A stretch of 64,000 bases of DNA from Paecilomyces variotii. Lineage: Eukaryota. Of this stretch, positions 21,210 to 33,462 are shown in pieces. The stretch lies in assembly GCA_004022145.1 (NCBI GenBank), contig RCNU01000006.1; one strand, 5' to 3'. The notes beneath the pieces are model-generated. The model made no database searches. It worked only from the letters and a program-made list of their open reading frames with translations, and was not told the origin of the DNA. Position numbers and translations under genes: made by a program. Every line of letters begins with the position of its first letter. Position 1 is the first letter of the stretch.

Positions 21210-23455
21210 ATGAGGCCGGTCGTCCCTGACGGGCTACCGTCTCACTCCCGTAAACCGTCTGTCGTCGAGGCTGTTCCGCCCTGGTCCGATCTCCGCAGCG
21301 CAGCGCCCACGACCTTCTTCCTCTCCCGGGACGATGGCCGTCAGGATAGCTCCCCCACCGATCCAGAGGCCGCCCGAGACAGCATGTACGGCGTCCAGAG
21401 CTTAGAGGAGACCATCAACAGTCTCTCTGCCCCCGAATCCATATTCCCACCCGAAGAAGATGCCGTTCAAGACTCCCAGGACAACGACGACGACAACAAC
21501 CCTCCAACGATCACACGGAGATCCACCCTGAAACCGTTCGACTTCCACGACGACCACCGCACCGAAGCATCGTCGCGGCCCGTCACTCCCTTGAATCTGG
21601 GGTCTCTCGAGGACCCTTCCTCGCTACCCAGCAGTCCCAAATCCACATCCAACCAGTCCCTCAAGCCGCTCGACGACATCTCGATCACCGATGAGATCAG
21701 CAGCCAGGCCCTCGCGTCCGGCGACGAAGAGGAGCCTGTCGAAACGCAACAGCCACCGGACAGTGCCTCCCAATTGATCATGCCCAGCATCAAGATGCCC
21801 AGTCGTCGGCCTTTTACAGACAGAGGGAAGACCATGGGTCGCCTCAAGGTCCTCGTCGCCGGTGCAGCGGGTCAGGACACCCCGCAACAAAAGACTTGTT
21901 GGGACACATAAGCTGACACTGTACAGGCTCAGGCAAAACCTCGCTGATCAAATCCATCTTCCAAGCCTGTGAAGATATCGTCCACGTTGATCCACTTCCG
22001 GCCCCGCTACCTCCGCAATCTAATCGCTCTGGCCGGTCCCGCTCCAGGAACCGGTCCAAACGGACAAAGTCAAGTCCAACCATTGCAGAAATATACGCCA
22101 GCACGAAGCCATATCCCTCATGGTGGTCCGACCTGGAGGACTCCCGTGTCCTCCGCAGGCGGAAGAGCATGGGCGACATCGTGCTCGAACGCAACCTCTG
22201 TTTCGTCGATAGCCCCGGGACTGGCCTTTCACGGGCCGCACAGACCGACTTGGTCATTCAATACATGCACCAGCAGCTGATGCGGGCCATGGCTGCTTTT
22301 GATAGCATCAATGCCGATCTACAGGGTATGCTAGGAGGGAACGGAGGTTCTCAAGTAGACGCCGTCTTGTATCTCATTTCCGAAGGTGAGCATGTCCCTC
22401 TGCCACATGTTGATCCGCCATACTGATCCACTCCAGACACACTGTCGACCGATGTAGAGTGTATCCGGAGGCTCTCCGAATTCAGCAACGTCATTCCCGT
22501 TATCTCCAAGGCCGACCTGCTGACTCCCTCTCAAGTGACATCGATCAAGCAATCGTTCCACACCCAGGCACAGAACGCTGGAATCAAGACCTTCCTCTTT
22601 GGAGATCTACCGCCGGGGTATTACGACAGTCCCCAGTCTCCATTTGTTGTGTCCTCGGCCCTGTCAACCGACGACGACAACATGGACGCGAGTGTGTTGA
22701 TGAGCCCGGATTACGAGCAACCGCTGGCTCCATCAGAGCTCGGAATCCTAATAGAGAAAATGTTCGATCCCGAGAATTTGTCCTGGCTACGACACTCTTC
22801 AGCCAAGAAACTCGCACAGCATCGTGCTATTCCTCAGAAACCTCCGTCTGCACCGAATGCTTCCCTATCTCGATTGAACGCTTCTGGATATTCATCGCCA
22901 GCTACTTCTTCTGTACCAAAGGTTCTGGTCTCATACCCTGGAGATGGCTCGTCTAGTTATACCCTGGCGCGTGTCTCTGACTACACGCAGCGCGAGGAAA
23001 GGATGGCCCAAGTACGGTTGGCCAAGTGGGCTGCAGACCTGCAGCGCAGTTTACAAAATGAGCGCGAGAGATATGCCGCTCTGGCAAGAGGAGAGCGGGC
23101 TGTCTGGCTAACGGAGCGACTCAATGAGTGTGTCATTGACGGCACGCTCGTCCCGATCACCCAGACCCCGGGTTTCTCTGGGTTGGGGCGAACGGCAGAA
23201 AGGGCTGGCAGCCACCATCTCGTGCGAACAGGAAGTGGAGGAAAGGCAGAGTATTGTGTCACCGATCTCAGTCCGCACGATCCTTTCGGCCTGATGCTGT
23301 GGAACGACGATCTCAGACGAAAAGGATGGGTTGCCATCCAAGTTGTAGGCAGCTTTGGTGTCGTAGGGGGCTTAGCCCTATGGCTCTCGAAGAGCTGGGG
23401 CGTATCATCGCAGAGTCTATCGGACTGGCGTTTCAACTGGTTTGGCAGTGATTAG
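21210..23455 (+). CDS. Septin-like P-loop GTPase with C-terminal membrane anchor
   Basis: Introns 21871-21926 and 22386-22436 reconstitute GAAGSGKT (G1), FVDSPG (G3) and NVIPVISKAD (septin G4). Hydrophobic C-terminal segment. Confidence 0.8.
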
Positions 23456-24081
23456 CATACTTCAAACGCACAGAGTCGAGAAGAGTAGACATCCTCGTGA
23501 AGATGTTCTCTCGTTTCAAGTCTTGTCAGGTCAACGCAGAGCATCATTGATCTTGTTCTCCGGTAACGACCTTGGTCCGATATCCTTCATGTCGACCTCT
23601 TCCTTTTTTTTTTTTTTTCTTTTTTCCTTCTCTCATTCGATTTCCTACTAATTCCCATGTGCTTTGAATACTATTGTCAGCATGCATGAATGGCACGGTA
23701 GGGCTCATCATCATCATCATCATCATCGGACTGGCGCATTCACGGATAGTCTTTCGGCCTTCTTTCCCTATATCCACTCGATCATTCATGTGTCTCCTCC
23801 TTGTCTACGCGTCATCCTGCCTTTTGTGTCCATTGATCGGTGTCTGTGATCGGGACCGACAGTTTCTCCTGTCAGTCATCAAAAGGGCACGGCGGAGTCA
23901 CGGTCCATTCCGGGAGTTAGCAATACAATACCCCTGGTGCAGTAACTAGGAGGCTCTTGTTTTAGATGCTCAATCCCAATTAAACCTCTTCAATTTGAAA
24001 GATGCAGGCCTGTAAACGTTGTAAATTATCTTGAAAAAAAAAAAGAAAACATCGGTCTTGACCTGACCGCCCAGCATTCGT

Positions 24082-25854
24082 TCAAAGCAAATACTCCCTC
24101 GCCCCAACCACCACACTCAAAACCCCATACACCCCTCTCAACGGCCATATCTCCTTAACCCATCCCCAAACCCGCCTCCCCCAACCATTATTACCTTTCC
24201 GTCCATCCACAGCATTATTATCATCCTTAACCCTAACCTTCTCCCACAAATCCGGTAGATATTCCGCGTGATACTTCTCCCTCAACTTCCGATACGTCTC
24301 TCGATCGTATATCGCCCAAAACTCCTCTTCTGTATAATATGTATGGGCGTATAGACACTTCTGGCCGCCGAGAGAATGGACTTTTTGCTCTAGACGGCGA
24401 TTATAGGCTTTGAATTCTGAGGGAGAAGATGAACCCCAGGGACAGGGGCCCCATATTCCGACGTTGATGGACTCGGGAATCAAGCTAGTATCAGTATCTT
24501 CTTGTTGTTCGTTTCCGTCTTGGCTCCGCGGACGAGTCTCTTTCTCTGCGTCCTCGGCAAGAATAATAATAGGCCCATACCCCTTCTTCCTCTTCTGGTT
24601 ATTTCCAACACCGCTCGCTCCTTGTTCCTTCAAGGGACAAATCCATAATGGATAATAACCAAATTCCTCATGGAGATAGTCCACGAACTCATCCAATTTG
24701 TCACTGGGTATACCCACATCTTGAATGATGTATCGTTTCGCGAGACCGCTTTTATGTAATGCGTGATACATGACGCGTGTGTGCATGAATGGGTCTAGGA
24801 CCCAACGTGTGAAGGCGTTGAAGGGCACAAGGAAGTAAGAGAAGGAATATCTGCCGCCCCAGAAGGCACCGCGGTCGTAGCGGAAGAAATAGTCTGTTGT
24901 GGGGATGAGTTCGGTGTGAAGAAGAGAGGAAGATGATGTCTTCGATGATGATGATGATGATGATTCTGGTGACTTAGGATAATATTTGGTGAGTACATCT
25001 TCAGCATGTGTATAGAACCATGGATCTTGCGGACGGGTGAAGTGTTGGATCGGGAGGCATTCTTCTTCTTTCGTTTTCATTTTCGATACCGACGACGTCG
25101 ATGATGATGAGGAGGAAGACTCCTCCCTATCAGCCAGGAAGCCAGCACAAACCACACCCCTATCTTTTCCGAAAAGTATCCCATCGAGATACTCATATTT
25201 CATATCCAATGCAACCTCATTGATTTTCTCTCTCATCTCTTCCGCGCTAGAGATGGGGAAATAGCTCAATTGCACAAAGGGCTTCGCGTCCCGTAGCTTC
25301 ACCTCCAGACATGTCGTGATACCTAACGTTCCAAACGAGGATGCTGCGCCGTAGAAGAGGTCTTCATTCTTCCCTTTTCTTTCCCTTTCCCCTTCTTCTT
25401 CATCTTCTTCTTCATCTTCTGAAGACGCAGAAGCCGGATACGCCTCCACAATCTCCCCATCGGCCAACACCATCTCAACCCAACACACGATCCGATCGAA
25501 AAACCCATACCGAAACGAACTACTCTCACCACTCGTCCCTGCAAACCCACCCCCGACAGTAATGCCCGGAAACTCCATCACGACCAACGGCACCAGCCCC
25601 TCCTTTAAACAAGCCTTCACCAACACGTCCATGGAAACATTCGGTTCAACGAGGGCTGTCTTTTTATGGGCCGTGTTCGTGATGCGGAGAACGCGGTTGA
25701 GGGAGCTGGTGTCGATGGTGTTGGAGCGCGTGTAGGAGGCGCGACGAGTGCTGCTGGTCGTCCCGTGGTATATATGGAAGGGCAGTTTTTGAGAAGAAAA
25801 GGATTGGACTTGTTGGGAGATATGGAGGACGGTGGCATTGTGGTGAGGATCCAT
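24082..25854 (-). CDS. FAD-binding oxidoreductase, delta24-sterol reductase (DHCR24)-like
   Basis: Intronless 590 aa ORF with VEPNVSMD, PLVVMEFPGITVGGGFAGTSGESSSFRYGFF, YFFRYDRGAFW and YPLWICP motifs. Confidence 0.85.
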   Translation of the reverse strand: MDPHHNATVLHISQQVQSFSSQKLPFHIYHGTTSSTRRASYTRSNTIDTSSLNRVLRITNTAHKKTALVEPNVSMDVLVKACLKEGLVPLVVMEFPGITVGGGFAGTSGESSSFRYGFFDRIVCWVEMVLADGEIVEAYPASASSEDEEEDEEEGERERKGKNEDLFYGAASSFGTLGITTCLEVKLRDAKPFVQLSYFPISSAEEMREKINEVALDMKYEYLDGILFGKDRGVVCAGFLADREESSSSSSSTSSVSKMKTKEEECLPIQHFTRPQDPWFYTHAEDVLTKYYPKSPESSSSSSSKTSSSSLLHTELIPTTDYFFRYDRGAFWGGRYSFSYFLVPFNAFTRWVLDPFMHTRVMYHALHKSGLAKRYIIQDVGIPSDKLDEFVDYLHEEFGYYPLWICPLKEQGASGVGNNQKRKKGYGPIIILAEDAEKETRPRSQDGNEQQEDTDTSLIPESINVGIWGPCPWGSSSPSEFKAYNRRLEQKVHSLGGQKCLYAHTYYTEEEFWAIYDRETYRKLREKYHAEYLPDLWEKVRVKDDNNAVDGRKGNNGWGRRVWGWVKEIWPLRGVYGVLSVVVGAREYLL

Positions 25855-25876
25855 GGTAGTGGATTTTGGGATTGAT

Positions 25877-25877
25877 A

Positions 25878-25912
<35 letters not shown>
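25877..25912. repeat. (GATT)n microsatellite
   Basis: Tandem GATT units immediately upstream of the DHCR24-like start. Confidence 0.9.
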
Positions 25913-25914
<2 letters not shown>

Positions 25915-27128
25915 GATATTCTCCTTGGCCCAATTAAGTAGAGGTAGGTGTTGGCTTTCTTTCGTAGAACAAGCTCCCCTTAAGTCGAAAATAATGATCC
26001 CACATACAAAGCTATGAGCTATGGTTTGATAGGAGAGTCAACTTTCACCTTCCTACCGAATGGGATGATACTCGCGGTCACGAGACCAGAGTGATAATGA
26101 ATACAACTCACCAAGAGGATGTTAAAGAAACCCAGAGGACATTCAGCCGCAATGATTTCTCCAGCCAGTTCAGTCTATATAAACAGTATGGACGCAATTA
26201 GGATATCTGACTAGGTATTCTCTCTCAATGAGAGAGATAACAAACAGATTGCTCGACCACCTAGGTAGGTACCTATCTAGTGACGTCTTATACGAGCTAA
26301 GTGATGATACACTCAACCACGCTCTTCAAAAGAGAAGATCGATGGAAGATGGGCAATGGTGTAAATGGGATTCGATATACAGCTCGATCCTACATGATAA
26401 ATGAGCTCCAAGAGGAGATTGTTCTCGCCAAAGCTGCTTATCAAGGGACAATTACGTATGCTGCCAATGCCGACCCCACCGGTAGATGCGTGCAGTAGTT
26501 AGTTATTTAACTATCAGCCAATACTTACTAAGTAGTTCATTAATGTATAACTATATACAGTTCAAGTGATTTTCGTATTCTTATATGCTTACATTATATC
26601 CACTGATGCATCTACTCTACCTAACTGCATTAGAATCGCTGCACTCAACTTGAACTGCGGAGGCGGCGGAGCGGAGACATTTTGAAGCGCTTGACGTAAC
26701 CCTACTTCACAACCTTGGGCTTGAGCATCGCCTTGCCCACAATATAAATGTTCTACAGGATCTGATGTCTTATGGGAAAGAAATGTGGAAAACGTAAGTA
26801 AATGCTTTTCATAATCTACCTACAGACTCCGTCCGAATCTTCCGAGAGCACTTTCAATCTCAAGAGGCACGGAGCTCTCATGAACCAGTTACACACCAGA
26901 GAAATGAAAGAGACGAAGCACTGGAAAACCGCTCGAAACGCCGCGTGACAAAGCACAATCAAAGGCTCATCCCCTCTCGTTCCGAAAACAAGGCGCTCAG
27001 AGTAAGAACGTCTGAGGCGACAGGCCGAAACATTAGGTAGAATTAATAAAAGGAAATGAAAACTATAGGAAATTCATGAAACCAGTAGATGTTACACCCA
27101 TTTCATCATATCGCATGGCAGACATCAT

Positions 27129-29302
27129 TTAGTCAACCTCCTCCATGGCGCTCTCGCCGGTGGCCTCGGCGGCAGGAGCCTCCTCGGTCTTGGTCTCGGC
27201 CTCAGCCTCCTCGTCGACATTCAGGCCGAGAGAGACCAGCTTGTGGATGCGCTCAGCGAAGCTGGCAGGCTCCTCAATGGTGAATCCAGAGACCAGCAGG
27301 GAGGTCTCGTAGAGCAGCTGAGTGATTGACTTGACGGTGCGGTCATTCTCACCGTCAGACTCAACCTTCTTCTTGAGCTCCTTGATGATGGGAGACTTGG
27401 GAGAGATCTCAAAAGTCTTCTTGGAAGACATGTAAGAGCTCATGGAAGTGTCACGGAGGGCCTGGGCCTTCATGATACGCTCCATGTTGGCGGACCAACC
27501 GAACTGGCCGGTACGGATGGCGCAAGGAGAGCCAATCAGCTTGTGAGAGACAACGACCTTCTCAACCTTGTCACCAAGGATGTTCTTGAGGCTCTTGGCG
27601 AGACCCTCGTATTCCTTCTCCTCCTTCTCGCGCTCAGCCTTCTCCTCGTCGGTCTCCTCGAGCTCGAAGTCCTTGGTGATGTCGACGAGCTTCTTGCCCT
27701 CGAACTCCTTCAGCTGAGTCATGGCGTACTCGTCAATGGGGTCAACCAAGAACAGAACCTCGAAGTTCTTCTGCTTGAGGGTGTCCAGGAAGGGAGACTT
27801 CTGGACGGCCTTGAGGGACTCGCCAGTGATGTAGTAGATGTTCTTCTGGTGCTCCTGCATGCGGGTGATGTAGTCGGTGAGGGAGGTGGCCTCGTCACCA
27901 CTCTTGGTGGAGTTGAAGCGGAGGAGCTTGGCAAGAGCAGGGCGGTTCTGGGAGTCCTCGTGGATACCGAGCTTGATGTTCTTGCTGAAGGCAGAGTAGA
28001 ACTTGTCGAACTGCTCACGGTCCTCAGCAATCTCGTTGAAGAGCTCGAGACACTTCTTGACAATGTTCTTCTTGATGACCTTCATGATCTTGTTCTGCTG
28101 CAGGGTCTCACGAGACAGGTTGAGAGGCAGGTCCTCAGAGTCGACAACACCCTTGACGAAGCTGAGCCACTCGGGAATGAGGTCGGTGGCATCGTCGGTG
28201 ATGAAGACACGGCGGACGTACAGCTTGATGTTGTTCTTGGTCTTCTTGGTCTCGAAGAGGTCGAAGGGAGCACGCTTGGGAACGAAGAGGATGGCGCGGA
28301 ACTCAAGCTGACCCTCGACGGAGAAGTGCTTGACGGCGAGGTGGTCCTCCCAGTCGTTGGAGAGCGACTTGTAGAAGGCGGCGTACTCCTCCTGGGTGAT
28401 GTCGGCAGGGTTACGAGTCCAGATGGGCTTGGTCTTGTTGAGCTCCTCCTCCTCGATCTTAGACTCCTTGACCTTCTTAGTCTTCTTCTCCTTCTTCTCC
28501 TCCTCCTCGTCGACCTCCTCGACCTTGGGCTTCTTCTCCTCGTCCTCCTCCTTCTTCTCCTCTTCCTCCTCCTCGGGGACCTCCTTCTCGGTCTCCTTCA
28601 GGACGTGGAGGTAGATAGGGTAGGAGATGAACTCGGAGTGCTTCTTGACAACCTCCTTGATCTTGCTCTCGTTGAGGTAGTCCATCTGCTCATCCTTCAG
28701 GTGGAGGATGATCTTGGTACCACGGCCAAGCTGCTCGCCCTCGGTGTCCTGGGTGATCTTGAAGGTACCACCGGCAGAAGACTCCCAGACGTACTGTTCG
28801 TCATCGTTGTTCTTGGAGACAACGGTGACCTTGTCGGCCACGAGATAAGCGGAGTAGAAACCGACACCGAACTGACCAATCATGGAGATATCAGCACCAG
28901 CAGTCAGAGCCTCCATGAACTGCTTAGTACCGGAGCGGGCAATGGTACCCAGGTTGTTAACCAAGTCCTGTCATTCTCTGTTAGTCCACTGCTCTCCCCA
29001 CACACACACCTCTCTATATGAAAGGATTCCTGTTGGTTACTTACCGCCTTGGTCATACCAATACCGGTATCGCGGATGGTCAGCGTTTTGGCCTCCTTGT
29101 TGGGGATGATGTCGATACGGAGGTCCTTGCCCGAATCGAGCTTGGACGGGTCTGAAAGAGCCTCATAGCGGATCTTGTCCAGAGCATCGGAGGCGTTGGA
29201 GATCAGCTCTCGCAGGAAGATCTCCTTGTTAGAGTAGACGGTGTTGATGATCAGCGAGAGCAGCTGAGAGATCTCAGCCTGGAACTCGAAAGTTTCCGAC
29301 AT
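27129..29302 (-). CDS. hsp90: Cytosolic heat shock protein 90
   Basis: [14 protein letters not shown].., [31 protein letters not shown] and C-terminal MEEVD. CDS intron 29044-28968; probable 5'-UTR intron 29484-29337. Confidence 0.99.
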
Positions 29303-29969
29303 GGTGAAAGAAGTGTGTGAAAAAGAGGGGGGGTATCTAGAGATATGATTGCGTTAGCACTCGAGAATTTGAAAATCTCACTGCTGCTGCTGCTGCTGTT
29401 CGTCGAATTTATTTAAATTCTCGTTGTGAGGCCCAAGCTCCTGCGACCGACGGACAAACAAATGACGGAGGCAAAACCACTTACAGAACGGAAGAGAAAT
29501 GTGGAGGAGGATGTAGAGGTGAGACAGAGGTGGTAGATATGAGAACTGCACGGCAAGCAGATCCAAAGGATATGGAGGATGATAGTTGTCTGAAGAAAGA
29601 AGAAGAGGGAAGAGTCGGAGAGGGGAAGCCCTTTTGTTCTTGAAGCAGCAGCAGGCACAAAATTCGACGGGCGCTAGAGATGATTCTACAGCGATCCAGC
29701 GACTTCCACGCTCTCCGCCATCCGCTAAGCCGCTTCGGGCATGCTCGATTGTTGCCTCCAGCGACATTATAATTATTAGTATAATAACTTGCGCTTCCAG
29801 CGTGTTCTACCGCCTCCAGGAAAAGTCCCGGCTGGCCACCAGTTCCTTCGTTTCCACGGCCACTGCAACTCATTCCATCCCCAGCAAGTCGACTCCCCGA
29901 CCAGCGGTTCAGCCCTCAAACAAACCTCCAAAGAACCCCTCCAAAAAGCTGTCCGCTTGCTGCCCCTCC

Positions 29970-30100
29970 ATCTAGAACGTTCCGCTCCACCAGTCACCGC
30001 CGCCGTTGCTGGGCCACCGCGACTATCCAGGCGCCGCCCCGAGCTTCGGCACAGACTCCGTTCGCGCTCCGCCTTGTCATTCCGCCAGAAATTTCTAGAC
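29970..30100. promoter_or_regulatory. Heat-shock elements upstream of hsp90
   Basis: aTCtaGAAcgTTCc (29970-29983) and aGAAatTTCtaGAc (30087-30100) match alternating nGAAn arrays. Confidence 0.7.
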
Positions 30101-31947
30101 TATTTACGGTTATCTGTTGATATGTATGGTATTCTTATCGCACGTGTCGTGGAATCTACGGTACTAGTGATGGTAGCATCCCCGGGACCTGCGATACTTA
30201 CTTAAGTAGGGGGTGGCGCAAAATTGGGAGAGGGCAGGGACCTTGGTAGCTAGAAGTGCTTCCACTGTCGAGGGTGACCCTGCGTAAGGATATAGTATGC
30301 TATTATTCTTGGTTACTGAGCTTCATGGTTTCTCTTCTATTTCGGTATAGCCTCCTTCTGGGAAAATTCTGCCAAAGGTGGTACTGAGCAGAGTAGATCC
30401 AGACGCAAATGGGAATGCTAAGTATACATTAATTGAGGGTAAGATTCCAAGCGTCGAGCAGATCAATTGTTTTGCGTTGTTTCAAGTAACCACTACTCCA
30501 TAATTAAATAAGGCGCAGAACTTATTTCCCTTCTTCTTGGCAACATGCACGCCTTAAAGGTCTGGTTTACATTTTATTTCCTCGCGTTTACGGGTAAAAA
30601 GAAAAAGCTGAAAATCCCAAATCTTTATCTCACTCCGTCTCTTGTAGCAGCTCATAGAGTCACTAAGAACCTCTACGCAGTGGATAAATCAAGAGAGAAG
30701 GCGAATCTCCTACCTCACTGTTAAGTTACGCCGTCTATATCTATATTGAATAGAGTTGGCTTAAAGGTCTATATTGGATATACTAGTATGGGACGAGAGC
30801 CCATATACTACCCGTATATCTAGGTAGCTAACATCCTTTCCCCCCGGAATAAATCCTCATTAGAATGTTAGACTGTCTGGGTGAGAATGAAGAACCTGCC
30901 AAAAAAAGCACGACATTAAAAGATGGCAACTATAGCAGGCTGGAAAAAGGCTTTGTGGAGTCCTTGGAATGCTTATCCATATTACACCTTTCCTATCCCA
31001 TTATGTCCGACACTCGACAGGTTCCCCCTAAGTATTCCTTAAAGACAATCTTGGCAGGCTTTGCGTTTCATGCAGAACAACTCCGTTAAGATTCTTCACT
31101 TCCATCAAGTCTCCCATCGCACTCTACCAATTTCTATCCCATAATTGCTGTATCACTTGGATATACTTCTAGGCATCCCCCTCTTCCACCAATTACATGT
31201 GGAAGCAAAGCTTAGCCTTGAAGCTTGGCACGCGCAGGTACCAACGCGTGGGGCCATACTTAGGACAACGTCTTCTCATGTCGCCTATGATGCATAAGAT
31301 ACTGTTGTCTGAATTGCATTATCATCTTTCGATCAAGTTTCATCGTATATATAGTAGGAGGAAAATATCATATCCGCTGTTCCCCTCTCTCATGGCCAGC
31401 GCTTATGCATGTACATACCTAGGTACACAAGCTCTAAACCGTCGATCATCAGATTTATCTCGGCATTTGGCGAGATCCAATACCTTCGACAATAGCACAC
31501 AGAGATAGTTGCAGTAAGACGTTATCCTCCTGGAATTCGACAAACTCGGTCTATTTGTTCTGCTTGTCAACGTTCAAGGACACTCCCGAATGGCTCTTCT
31601 ACCAGCCCAAAAGAGTCTGTTATTCCTTTGCCTTGTACAGCAGCAAAGTAGAGTCAGAGAAACCACTGCTGGTGAAAATACAACCTACGAAACCTAGTCA
31701 ATAATCGCTTACCCCGCCAAGTAGGATTCAACTTCTAGTTAATCCCCGCTTAATATTTCGGATTGACCCCCAAATCGAACGTAAACAATTATGCTCAGAC
31801 TTGAATGGAGATCAATACTTTATGACTCGACCTGGGGCCTCAGACCACAATAGGACTGTCAGTACCAGGATAGAGCCTAATTTGATCCCGACAGCAGCTG
31901 CGAGAGTTCAGAAACTTGCTGGCTACACTTAAATATCGTCTGCAAAA

Positions 31948-32375
31948 ATGAGCGAAATAGACGAGGGAAAGCCTCGCTGGAAAAAAAGTGGCCATTGTGA
32001 GCGGCTCTAGCTCGGGAATCGGTGCAGCAATCATCACCCAATTTAACTCACGCGGCGCATACACAGTCATTAACTATCCCTTGTCTTAGAGATGAATCAG
32101 AGAAGCTCATTGAATCATTGTTAAAAGCACCTGCAATTTCCGCGGAAGCAGACCAGGCAACCGTCTCGGGGCCTCGGAAACTGGTACCTAGACGCGACAG
32201 TTGCCAATTGGGGAAATATCGATATATTGATTCAGGGGGGGGGGGGGGGGGTTGGCGGTCAATAATAAACCTTTCGAGGAACAGATGTTGGTCGGTGCGG
32301 ATCTAGCAGCGCTGAAGCATCCTACGAAAGGCAGCTCTCGAATTGTTAGTTAACATTGCATCGATATCTTCGCGT
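31948..32375 (+). pseudogene. Short-chain dehydrogenase/reductase pseudogene
   Basis: Fragments in shifting frames: SLAGKKVAIVSGSSSGIGAAI..RGAYTVINYP, AISAEAD..TVSGPRKLV, DATVANWGNIDILI and VNIASISSR. Stops, frameshifts and a poly-G run; no YxxxK seen. Confidence 0.8.
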
Positions 32376-33462
32376 GTTTCTGTTTTTGTACTGTATCATG
32401 TTCCCTTGGCGGATGTCCAGCACATAAGTATAAAGCCCATTTTGGTCATGAGGTGTTTTCAAAAGGGCCTATTTGATAGCAATTCGTGTTCCTATAGCAG
32501 CATTAGGATGGACCTGGCTGTCTATATAATGACTGGAGGATTTGATTCTCTTTCTCGTTTCAAAATGAACTCGGAGAGATTTTCATGCATATGACCTATC
32601 TGCTAAAGAAACAAAAGTATTCGCTCGCAGCGGTCGATGCAACTCGACTAGAATACTCATTACCGCGTCTCGAGGATCATGCTCAGAAAACTGCACTTTT
32701 GAAGTTCAGAGGTAAAACATGATACATCACTAGTTCATACATACATACAAAGTGGACTAGATAAAAGATAAAAACACCTGTGAAAGAAAAAGAGTAACGG
32801 CTCAAGGAGGAAGGTATTTTGAGGCGAGTTGCAGAATTACGTTCATAACTTCAATTCTAGGCAAATACGTCCCTTGTGTTCTCTTTGCTGGTCATGAATT
32901 CCAATTGATTGCCACGACTCCGTTTTTCCATCCTAGCCACCCCCAGAGCGATGCCTCGGAACAAGAGGACAAGCGCATAATTGTAAAGGAAAAAGAAAAG
33001 TCCCAAATCCGAAGAAAGGGGGGAAAAGTGAAAAAAAGAAATAGGAGCAGGAAAGGAATACATAGAAAAACCAAAGTCATCAATTTACAGACCCTGAAAA
33101 TAAGAAAAGGAATAAAGACGGGAAATGTAAAAGATGAGGACCTTGGGCTCGCTATGCTGGAAAAATACACGTCAGAGAATCGAGAAATGACAGAGACGGA
33201 AGAGTCGCGCATCGAGAACCGAAATAACAGCAAGGATATGATAAGAAATAGCACCGAGTAGGAAATGAAGAACTTTTCCAACCGCTAAAATGCGAGCGTG
33301 ACACATAGTCGTCACATAACACATGTCATTAAGAGGATATGGGAGTGGCATCTTCAGGCAGTTACAGCTCAAATCGATGCGCTGAATGGGCCTATGTGAA
33401 GAGCATCCCCTGAGGTGAAACAGGATACATCATGAGAAGAGGAGCTGAGCATGATTCAGCGT

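Noticed and set aside
27543-29021. 492-aa ORF antisense to hsp90
   Set aside because: Expected shadow of strong codon bias in a highly expressed gene; Leu/Val-rich with no domain signature.
32905-33261. Lys/Arg-rich 118-aa ORF
   Set aside because: Reverse complement of a T-rich 3' UTR region of nxt3; no motif support.
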